Shown one piece after another: positions 34,701 to 43,331 of a stretch of 55,285 bases of DNA. Source of the DNA: Nemertoderma westbladi (taxonomy: Eukaryota; Animalia; Xenacoelomorpha); the NCBI GenBank assembly GCA_032718475.1, contig JAUCBJ010000408.1, positions 1-55,285 of the forward strand, in the 5' to 3' direction. The translations under genes were made by a program, and so were the position numbers. The notes beneath the pieces are model-generated. The model did not search any database. It had not been told where the DNA came from and saw nothing but the letters and a program-made list of their open reading frames with translations. How positions within the stretch are numbered: the first letter of the stretch is position 1; the number at the start of each line of letters is the position of its first letter.

Positions 34701-37700
34701 ACAGGTAATCGTTTAAGCATTTTCCGTCGGTCTTTGCCGATGCATCGACTACCATCCTCAGTTTACCTTTCTTTGGGTCTAATGCTACGTGGAGTGGCAG
34801 GTAGTATGTCCTGTCCGTATTCGGCTCGTCGACCAGTAACTCCACGGCCCATCCTTTCTCGACGTACTTCTTAATGGTTTTGTGAATGTACTCGTTCTTC
34901 TCGGGGCTCCGTTGTAGTGTTTGTTTCAGCTTGCGGAGTCTCGTGAGTACCATCCCTCTATTATCGGGTAGCGGTATCTTCGGTAGTTTCCATACCATTC
35001 CTATTGTATACCGCCCCTCATCACACGTCATCGATTCCTCCACACTTTGTAGAGCCTGCTTGTCTTCTACCGAGGTCCCGACCCCGTTCTCTTTCAGTCC
35101 CTCGAAGTCCTGTCTGAGCAGTCTTTTAAGCTGCTCCTCTGCTCCCTCGTCACCCATTTCCTGCATTGTTCCCGCGAACATGCATCCTGATGTCTCCGAC
35201 ATCCTGAATGGTATCTTGCTCTTAATTGGACCACTCAGCGTCCACCCGAATGGCGTTAATATGGCCACCGGGTCGCTCTGCTTGTCTTCGCCGAAGACCG
35301 TTTGCATTCTCTCGTGGGCCGTTGGGCAGTCCATGCCTACTATGATGGATACCTTCCTAACGTCCACGTCTGGGATTGAGAAGTCAATGTTGTCCAGGAA
35401 TTTGTATTGCTCGACCTCGATGTTGGTTGGCCGCCTGGCATTGATGTTAATTGACTCTATTACTTGGATGGGGTCGATGGTTGCCCCATAATCGCATCCT
35501 GGTGCCACTGCTGCAATTGCGCACCGTCCTGTCCTCATCTCTAGGATCTCGTCTTTGCTAGAGATGGTTGTCACCGCCATCCTGCTTGGCCTCGTTCTCA
35601 ACCCTATTTCTTCGGCTACCCATTCCTCAACTAATGTGAAGGCAGCTCCACTATCAACCAGCATTAGTGTTGTTACTGATCGATTGCCTTCCCCGATCAC
35701 TCGTACTGGTACTACTCCAAGTAGCACTGTTCCTCTCTTCTTCGCCCCTACTGTGCTCGTTGCCATCGTCTGGCCTCTCCTTTGGCCAAACTTGACCGGT
35801 TTCTCTTGGCATTCCCTGGCCTTGTGTCCACTCTTCACACATCGCGAGCAGATTTTATTGCTCGACGCGTAATCTATCTGGTCTTGCCTCGGTAGTGCCT
35901 GCCAGTACCTGCAGTTCATGGTTTTATGAAGCGCATTTGCGTGTAACTGGCATTTGCTCTTTGGGTCATAGCCCTCTTTATACAATGCATTGCGTATCGC
36001 AGTTATATTCGTACCAAAGTCCCTACTATTCTTATTGACTGGGTTTGACCTACTGGACGTACTGGGGTTATGTTTATTCATGTTGTTATTGTTCCCCTGT
36101 CCGTCCCTTGATGTTGTCTTATCTTCGTTTGTCTGTGGACTTGCAGTCCCCTGCGTCGCTGCGTATGGCAATGATTGTCTGAGCCTCGGCAATGCGTTTG
36201 ATGTATTGTGCTCTGGTTTGGGCCTGTAATGATCTGTCTTTGGTCCCTTTCCCAGGCTATCTTCACTATAGACTGGGTCCGTTATTAGTTCAGCCTCGTA
36301 ATTTAAGAAGTTTGACATTTCTTCTAAACCTGGTTCCGCACCCTTCTTGTCTCGGGTGGAGAAAGCGACCTTCCTCCATTTGTTGCGCAGCCAGCTCGGT
36401 AGTGCCTGCGCTATCGTGGTGATGTTATTGGACGCGTTGAGTTCGTATGGCGCGTCTAACGTCTTCAGCACGATCAGCGCCTTCTCGACTTTGTTAGCAA
36501 ACGTCTTAATGCTAACGGGATTATCCTGTAGGCCACCCGATGTTATGCCTCTCAGCGTTTGCCTGATGATCTTGGCCGGGTGCCCGTATTCCCTATCCAG
36601 TGCCCGCCATGCTGTCGTGAAGCCGCCCTCTATCCCTTGGTATTGCCTCACGATATCGTATGCTGGGCCTCCCGTGTACACTTGTAGATACTTTAGGCAC
36701 TCCGCCTGCGTCAAGTTTTTTGTTAGTATTTCGTTACTATACATTCGCCGAAACTGCAAGTATTCTTCCGGCCTGCTCCCATCGAATTTGAACGGTTCCA
36801 CGGGTGGTAATTCGATCCTCGTTTTCAACGCATCGATCAACGTGGCCATCCCCATTGCCTGCGCTTCTAATGGATTCGACGGATGCTGTATAGTTTCCCC
36901 TGTCTGGTGCGGTTCGTCCGTCCTATTTCTTGATCTTCTCTGACTCGGATATGTCATCGGGGGTAGCGGCCCCCTCCATATGTCTGTATCACACGACCTG
37001 TTTTCGTCCAAGGGTTTCATTGTTCTTGCTACCATCGGGGTATATTGTTGATATTGTGATGGGGGAATGTCACCCTGTCCCCCCCCCACCTGTATGTCTG
37101 GTACTGGGGTTGATGTTAATACGTTGGGGCCCATGCACCTATCCGCAATAATTCCCCCCTCCCCTGGGTATATGTTATGTCCCTGCATGCTGTAGTCATA
37201 CTGCTGTGCCGGTACCGGTATAGGCCTATCAGCTTCTGGCCTACTCGCCGGTATGTATTCCGCGACTTCCGGGTTTAATCCCGTTGTCCGCGCTATCCTA
37301 TCGCCTACATTGCCTCTCTCAGTATGGCCTACGGTATGTGCAGTAAGACCTACAGTATGCCCTACAGTCTGCATGCGTTGCTCGGGATCGAAGTTTATTC
37401 TTCTCGAATAATCCTCCCCGCGGCTACCGTATTCTCGATCGGTAGGTATATTCCGTCGGAAAGTTTGTCTTCGACCCCCCTCTCCACTGTTTTCATCTTC
37501 GTACCGGTACATCGCGTACCCCTCTCTCGGCGTGTAATGCGTCTCACCGGATCGCATCCCTCCGGGGCGACGGCAATCTCCCGGAGTCCGACCCCACTGA
37601 CTCTCCGTTCTCATCTCGACTACCGACGGCTCGCTGTCCGTCCTCGCTCTTCTATTGTTTGCGGCGATATTTCTACTACTCTCTTCCTCTCTTCTCCTAT

Positions 37701-38079
37701 CAGTGGAATATTCCCGCTCACGAGATCTCTCGTCGACCTCCCGGTTAAACCCCACTGTTCTTCTTTCCTCCTCTGATCGGGCTCGACGCTCCGTCTGCCC
37801 TCCCGCGACGTCAACCTGTCTTTCTCTGCTCGATCGCACGTCGCTGGGGATACTCGCAATCCCCCTATTACTTTCCGTCGCCGGTTGTTGCGGTTTACCT
37901 TGTTCGGTCCTCGCATTGTCCGCTGACGGCTGTGGGACACTCTCTGCCCCCCCCCCCCCTCTCGCCGCTAACTTTCTGTTGTGGGGTGCTCGTAGTCCCC
38001 CCCCACTCGCTACATCTAACTTCGCTACCTCTCGCCCCGCTACTATATATCTCTCTAGTCGACACATCAACCCTACCAC
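31750..38079 (-). CDS. BEL/Pao gag-pol polyprotein, main open segment (true start probably further upstream)
   Basis: Zn knuckle CSRCVKSGHKAREC, protease LVDSGA, RT FYVDDG, RNase H FSDAS/KLELTAA/WTDS, integrase HHCC, GVDMFGP, SDNGTNF, ERLVG, and C-terminal YLPTL..RSKW. Confidence 0.95.
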   Translation of the reverse strand: MVGLMCRLERYIVAGREVAKLDVASGGGLRAPHNRKLAARGGGGAESVPQPSADNARTEQGKPQQPATESNRGIASIPSDVRSSRERQVDVAGGQTERRARSEEERRTVGFNREVDERSREREYSTDRRREEESSRNIAANNRRARTDSEPSVVEMRTESQWGRTPGDCRRPGGMRSGETHYTPREGYAMYRYEDENSGEGGRRQTFRRNIPTDREYGSRGEDYSRRINFDPEQRMQTVGHTVGLTAHTVGHTERGNVGDRIARTTGLNPEVAEYIPASRPEADRPIPVPAQQYDYSMQGHNIYPGEGGIIADRCMGPNVLTSTPVPDIQVGGGQGDIPPSQYQQYTPMVARTMKPLDENRSCDTDIWRGPLPPMTYPSQRRSRNRTDEPHQTGETIQHPSNPLEAQAMGMATLIDALKTRIELPPVEPFKFDGSRPEEYLQFRRMYSNEILTKNLTQAECLKYLQVYTGGPAYDIVRQYQGIEGGFTTAWRALDREYGHPAKIIRQTLRGITSGGLQDNPVSIKTFANKVEKALIVLKTLDAPYELNASNNITTIAQALPSWLRNKWRKVAFSTRDKKGAEPGLEEMSNFLNYEAELITDPVYSEDSLGKGPKTDHYRPKPEHNTSNALPRLRQSLPYAATQGTASPQTNEDKTTSRDGQGNNNNMNKHNPSTSSRSNPVNKNSRDFGTNITAIRNALYKEGYDPKSKCQLHANALHKTMNCRYWQALPRQDQIDYASSNKICSRCVKSGHKARECQEKPVKFGQRRGQTMATSTVGAKKRGTVLLGVVPVRVIGEGNRSVTTLMLVDSGAAFTLVEEWVAEEIGLRTRPSRMAVTTISSKDEILEMRTGRCAIAAVAPGCDYGATIDPIQVIESININARRPTNIEVEQYKFLDNIDFSIPDVDVRKVSIIVGMDCPTAHERMQTVFGEDKQSDPVAILTPFGWTLSGPIKSKIPFRMSETSGCMFAGTMQEMGDEGAEEQLKRLLRQDFEGLKENGVGTSVEDKQALQSVEESMTCDEGRYTIGMVWKLPKIPLPDNRGMVLTRLRKLKQTLQRSPEKNEYIHKTIKKYVEKGWAVELLVDEPNTDRTYYLPLHVALDPKKGKLRMVVDASAKTDGKCLNDYLLEGPNIYNSGIEVLLRFRNGKHAFTCDIEGMFNQVRVTEEDSDSQRFLWYNGEEEPPVIPVYKMVVQNMGAKSSSFTTTMAVRDTVKGKEDRYSSRAVDMIRRGFYVDDGMESGNTVEEILETGREVRDILKGSGFNLTKFQSSSEEFIREIEDKKPESTMDNPTTAKGQDMAIKRTESQQKALGIVWDRRTDELKYQLSQEGADTHTKRGYVSYIARIYDPLGLASPLLVTGKQILKRVYKLKDEWDVEVPEDIKKQWSKWTGDLERMGTYNMPRVYFPDGNMTNLDLHMFSDASLEAYGAALYLVQREGPHKPRLAFSKAKSTPPDSASVPKLELTAARLGVRATAYLVDTIPNIVETHYWTDSMVVLGWLHNEKTRYPIFVANRVDEIRASTELERWHYCPTDENPADLLSRGVERHTFLKKEVLWQHGPQFLSDRGAWPPMRKVDPGSEPISEGEGDSEGEEIYSQMVREIRDVQPGRELCDNPTDRLLSYSSSWYKTKKLVAYWRAFGNFLAGVGKDKKTRITIDLEGAAKAVIRYEQRKNYGDEVERVSNQQHLRRDSELITLSPQLNEDGILVMNSRVGYNNSIVVPPKPIIIPTGSPIVHQIIWDSHKSILHGGTNRTLTEIRRTYWVKQLRKKVKAVVGQCQTCRRAKKERAVQEMAPLPASRVRQHDPPFTHCGVDMFGPIKIKVMRHTEKRYGIIFVCNNTRAVGIELAQDATASAFINALERFRDRKGGTIAVIYSDNGTNFVGAESEMAEALDILEGEEVRAAMRRRQVKWERRTPYAPHTLGCVERLVGSSKRLMTKLMNTHMVTEDVLRTVLAKCEGIINSRPLYPENDDPESLDVLTPSHFLMERPATIDMRGVDPDDIHSRQSWKVAKAISAEYWRRWVEEYLPTLHKRSKWRKPNRELKEGDLVIVTDDTIINNQWRLARVVGTYSDEDGRVRSVEVRIGGKIGAKDRKTYRRAVGKCCLLEGAP

Positions 38080-40364
38080 AGTCGGGTCTATTCACCCCCG
38101 CCTCTCCCTCTGCTATTGCGTGGCCTTCCAGGCCCTCTGCTCCCTCTCTACCAACTACGTGGCCTACCAGGCCCTCTGCTCCCTGTCTACTAACTACGTG
38201 GCCTACCAGGCCCTCTGCTCCCTGTCTACTAACTACGCGGCCTACCAGGCCCTCTGCTCCCTGTCTACTAACTACGTGGCCCGACGTGTTTACATTAATA
38301 GCACCTATATTGGAAACGGAATTAATTTGCTCATTTGAAACAAAATCATTTATATTATTCTGCGCGACTACGTTATCTGAATTATTTTGTAAATTCGGGC
38401 TAAGATCATTATTTGAATTATTCGAATTATTCTGTGTAATTGCGTTATTTAAGTTATTTTGTAGGTCCGAATTCGAGTTATTATTTTGATTATTTGAATT
38501 ATTTTGCGTAACTACATCAATATTAGGATTATTTTCTACATTAACACTGGGATTGTTCTGATTTAAATTTAAATTACTACCACCAGGCAAAGTATTTCCT
38601 GTAATAAAGGTTTGATTAGCGTTATCCCATACGGTACTATTAATATCAACAACGTCTACTGTACCATTATTATTACCCCCCCCCGCCCGTACGGTCGCAC
38701 CAGTTTTGGGTCTGTCGTGCGGTCCCTGTCAGTGGAGTATTAATAAATACATCTACGGCCCTCGGCTCCTCAAAAATACTCGAGCCGGCCCCAGTTTCAG
38801 ACGGCGGTCCCACTCGCACGTATTCCAACTCGTGCGCCCCTCTAATTATATTTCCCGCATACTCACTCTGCCGTTTCTCTAATTCCTTGCGCTCCTTTTC
38901 ACTCTCTGCCACTATCCCCTCACGCTCCTGGGTGTCCTTGATGGCCGAGTCTGCGGCACTCTTAATGCTCTCCCTTCGTCTCGCCCCACGCTCTTTGCGT
39001 TCCTTTTCCTTTCTCGTCTCATATTCCATGCGTTCCGCCTCACGCTCCTTGCGTTCCTTTTCTTTTCTCGCCTCACGCTCCTTGCGTTCCCTTTCCTCTC
39101 TCGCCTCACGCTCCTTGCGTTCCCTTTCCTCTCTCGCCTCACGCTCCTTGCGTTCCTTTTCCATTCCCGCCTCACGCTCCTTGCGTTCCTTTTCCATTCC
39201 CGCCTCACGCTCCTTGCGTTCCGCCTCACGCTCCTTGCGTTCCTTTTCCTCTCTCGCTTCACGCTCCCTACACTCCCTTTCCTCTATCTCATCATACTCC
39301 CTTAGGCTTTTCAAAGCCCTTTCGGCCCTTTCTCCGGTTTCTCTAAGCAATACCGTTTCCCTCTCTAACCGCACTCTTCCCTCCTCTAGCCGTTCCTTCA
39401 TTTCTCTCTGACCTTGCTCTGCCATGCTGAGACGGTATGCGGCTCCTATTTTTCTCACCGCTCTTTCTTTCGCGGAGGATGTAGCAGACTTATCGGTTAC
39501 GACGGACTTCCCCCGCCTTCCCGACCTACTAACTTTCTCCCCCTTCCCGGAGCTTTCTCCAACCGACGAGGCCGAACCCTCGGTGTTAACCTCGGATTCG
39601 CCCTCTTCAGGTCCCTTCCAACCCACTGGTTTCACTCCCCGGGCATCGACCAAGTATGGCCCTATGTACACTGGGGCTATGCTAGGTTCCATACTCCCAC
39701 ACTCCCATAGTTCAAACAGTTCGCCGGCTATCCTTTCTGCTCTCTCCCCGGCCAGTTATCTCTGCCCAAAACGTATTAGGTAATTTAAGTGTTTATCCGA
39801 CTCACCTAGTCGCTTTCTCAGTCTCACCTCGTCTACCTTCGCCCCTTTCTTCTTGGCGTCGTTTATCAGCTTCCGGGTCGCGTTGTAGGCCCGTCGAAGT
39901 CGCTCAGAAACCCCGACGTCCTCGTCGCCGACCTCTCCTCCGTCCCTCCGGGTCCGACGTCGTACCGGCGGCTCCACCGTCGCCGTTCCGGTGGGCCGTC
40001 CGTCGCCCTCGGCCTGTAGCTGGCCGGCGACATCGGTACCGATCTCTCTTCCGTCTCTTCGTGTCCGGCGTCGCACCGTCGGCCCCACCGGTTCGGTGGG
40101 CCGCTCGTCGCCCTCGGCCGGTAGCTGGCCGGCGACATCGGCGCGCCGTCCTCCGTCCCGTGTCGACTCATCTCCTTCTCCCTCCGTCTCGCTCTCTTTC
40201 TCTCTTGGCTCGACTTCGGGTTCCAGGCCCTCCTCGTCCTGTGCTTCCGGTTCGCCCGTTATCGATGGCTCCGGCGTCGTGGGCCTGTATCGTTTGGTCG
40301 CGGCCTCGCGGATCGTTAGGTCTTCGTCCGGGGTCCGCGGTGGCGTCTCGCCCGACTCACTCAT
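37895..40364 (-). CDS. Probable N-terminal extension of gag: ORFs 39756-40364, 38673-39692 and 37895-38590, joined by one stop and two homopolymer frameshifts
   Basis: 39756-40364 and 38673-39692 are in frame across a single TAA. Frame changes coincide with C9 (38676-38684) and C13 (37947-37959) runs. Includes a 33-bp repeat encoding a charged coiled coil and a 39-bp repeat. Confidence 0.6.
38118..38282. repeat. 39-bp tandem repeat, ~4 copies
   Basis: Unit cgtggcctaccaggccctctgctccctgtctactaacta; encodes GHVVSRQGAEGLV on the minus strand. Confidence 0.9.
38975..39270. repeat. Coding tandem repeat (~33 bp), E/R/K-rich
   Basis: cgcctcacgctccttgcgttcc repeated; encodes EREAREERERK-type units. 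Confidence 0.9.
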
Positions 40365-40480
40365 TTCGTCTGGTTGCTGATGGTTCGGCTAGCTAGGGTG
40401 GAGTTCTTTGTGTTTAACTGGGGCGGCAGCTCGTCTTTAGTTACTGAGTTTAGCTGGGGAAGCAACACCGATTTAGTTAC

Positions 40481-41018
40481 TGTGACGGGATCCAGGAGGG
40501 ATCCCGATTTATCCGGTGTGGTATTTAGTCCACGCGTCCCCGCCGTGTATAAGAGTGAAATAAAGATAACTGAGTTCTGAAGTTCGGTGTATAATAAGAG
40601 GTTATAAGATATAGATATATTGTGAATGTGTACAAGGCGGGATACGGTAACTAAAGTCCCGTGATCCCCTAACTAAACTAATTGGCTGTACCCTACGCTA
40701 GCACTGCTGCACTGAGATAACTGAATCACTGATTAATAGGTTATTGGTTATATTGCACGGTGGCCTTACTGCTACTCAATCGATGCCATTCCCCCCTCTG
40801 ATTGGTTAATACCCTTGTTGGCGCCCCGTGGAGTATTCCCGTTCACTCCACCTGTTCTCTCTGGGTTAGGGGTTTGGCCCCTGACCCTCCATTGTGTGCT
40901 TCCTTCCCACTCTCATTGGGATTGGCACGAGTTGGTTAATTGCCCAATCTCGTGGCTCCCAATATTGCTTATCGGCTAATAACTTTATGGGGTGTTGGCG
41001 GGATTGAATAAGCTAACA
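40481..41018 (-). repeat. 5' LTR of the BEL/Pao element
   Basis: Direct repeat of 26797-27334, followed by TSD GATAA. Confidence 0.96.
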
Positions 41019-41230
41019 GATAACAATCGTAAAGCATCTTTCTTATCTAATACATATTTCAAATCATCTTCCAACTGAGGGATATTCAGTGGTGTTGAAG
41101 GTTGTTTATCGATAAGGTGTGACGCACGAAGTATGTTGAGATTCATGAAATCGTCTGTTGGATCATCTATAAATAAGTAGCTGTTTTCCTTTGATAGTTT
41201 ACTTTTAACTATGTCAGATACTCGCTTCAT
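41019..41230 (-). pseudogene. 5' part of the DIRS/Ngaro-like pol ORF split by the BEL insertion
   Basis: Removing the BEL element and one TSD copy restores the frame STPLNIPQLEDDLKYVLDKKDALRLLSDLKNGVSIGYQGP. Confidence 0.8.
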
Positions 41231-42601
41231 AGTGTCACGTACTTTTTAGCAATATACTATTTATTTATGACAAACTACATCGGTAATATCCATCGAGTCT
41301 ACCTATTTCATGAGCTCCAAAATTTTCTTATTACCGAATTAGTGTTCTCAAATGTAATTGATTGTTTATTAAATAAATTGGCATAAGGCTAATTTGAATT
41401 ATTAAATAATGTATGTCAGCTATAAAGCTGTCTAGTTGTGAAGAAACACGTGTTTGTGTAATCGAAAGTCGCCAGGATGTTTGGTTTGAGTAGTAGTTGT
41501 TTGGCAGGCATTTACATGTGCTTCAGGCAGTGGCACGGGCTAGTGATGATCTATAACTTTAGTATCGTCGTGACTTAGTTTTGATGTCGGGGGAGAGCAT
41601 GGTGATCATCTGTATTGTAGTGGGGGGAGCGGGGCTGTGCTCGTATAATACAACTGGTATTTACGCTACTTTCTGACGAAGGCGGTTGTCTCTCTCAATA
41701 TATGAAATCCCCTTTCTGTTTGGGTCATGTATAAAGGCGACCATTCCGACTCTTCTACCACCCTGTCCTGTATGAATGCCGACCAGCCGACAACTTGCGA
41801 CTTAATCTCAGTTCACTGGGTCGCCTTTATTTATACAGTAAATACATGACCCAGACAGAAAGGCTCCACCTATAGTCTATTGTTAAAAATAAACGTTTTG
41901 CGACCATTTCTATATTAACTATTGTGTATGTGATACTGTATGTAAGCGAACCAGCGCCGACCACTTGCGACTTACTCTCAGTTCAATGGGTCGAATAGTC
42001 CCCTTTATACATGACCCAAGAGTGATTGGAACTTGGACCAACCTGCTAAATACTCCCTATGTAAACTAACTTCTAGCGATCCTCCATAAGTCACCGGTGT
42101 AGTCGGTATTATTAATAAAGTAAATTATAATACTTACTGCCACTTGGTTTGTGCAATAATTTTAAGTTGTCCCACCTACAACTACCCTGGGTGCGCGTGT
42201 GGGAGGGAATCATGATCAATCATCTTTATCTTGCAGTAACGTCATACATGCCAGATGCTTCGTAACCATACGTACTAAAATTGATTTGAAACATATGATA
42301 CGGGGAAGTGGGAGATAGAATATCTACCCGGACCAGCCTGTATGCGTTCTCTAGTAATACAGTAGTTTAGGCAGTCACCTTGCAGCCTTGTCACTGCAGC
42401 ACTGTCTGACTGCATGACTGTGCTGTGCAGCAGTGACACTTGAGCTGATGATAGGCCTAGCTTTTTCATTTGGTTTGTCTGTCGTATTTTTCAGCTTGTT
42501 GCCTGTGTAAATTTAATATTTATTTCAGTATTTAGGCCTACTGCAGTAGGCCTAGTGGTTACTGGTACTACAGCTGTACAGTACTGCAGTACTGCTGTAC
42601 T

Positions 42602-43222
42602 GGGTGCATGTAAAGAGTGGACTGTGGACTGGCGGTCTACGGACCTCGGACGCGGTCAATTTGAATTATCGACTTCCAAACTAAGAATCCGTTCTTTGTC
42701 AGTTTGTTGTCTGGATCTGGCAGTCTGGACAAATGGCGGACTGAAGCCGGCAAATTCTGAAATTGTAACCTGATTGGCGCAATCATTTACATAGGCTGAA
42801 AGCGTGAAAGGGAACTTAAAGAATGAACCATCCCATTGCAGCATTGGCCATTGTGCAACACTGTAATACAGGAAATAGTTATCCTATACAGTACCGGTAA
42901 TTACGTGGACTGTTGATTAAGGGACTACTACTAGTGCAGTAGTGGCGAACCTACTGACCTATACCTCTACTGTAAATACAGTAGGCCTAGTAATCAGGTA
43001 GGCCTAATATTTTCCTAAACTTTCACATCAAGGCACTCTCATCTCATCTTACGTAAGCGCGTAAGCCTGGATGTATTATAGTAAGTTTAGCTTTGGACGT
43101 TTAAGAATAGGATTCGTACATTATACTGTTATAATGCTATTATTCAAATTGACCGCGCATATTTGGGCTTTTAATTGACAATCCGCAGTCCGTAGTCCGC
43201 AGTCCGCTCTTTACATGCACCC
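42602..43222. mobile_element. MITE with GGG...CCC termini, ending ~110 bp upstream of the ABCD3 start
   Basis: gggtgcatgtaaagagtggactg is mirrored by cagtccgctctttacatgcaccc; the inner pair cgcggtcaatttgaat / attcaaattgaccgcg is also inverted. Confidence 0.8.
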
Positions 43223-43331
43223 CTACAGCTGTACAGTACTAACGAGAGTTGAGACACGTGTTGTCTGAATCCATACACTGCGGAATCTCAAGGATCTTAT
43301 GATACCAGCATCAGCAACCTAACCAGGTAAC

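Larger units (their letters stand above)
26797..41018 (-). mobile_element. Full-length BEL/Pao LTR retrotransposon, 14,222 bp
   Basis: Two 538-bp TG...CA LTRs, 5-bp TSD GATAA (26792-26796, 41019-41023), polypurine tract beside the 3' LTR, and BEL-order gag-PR-RT-RH-IN. Confidence 0.96.

Noticed and set aside
31877-40396. Numerous plus-strand ORFs opposite gag-pol
   Set aside because: Antisense shadows of a long, codon-biased ORF; no recognisable motifs.
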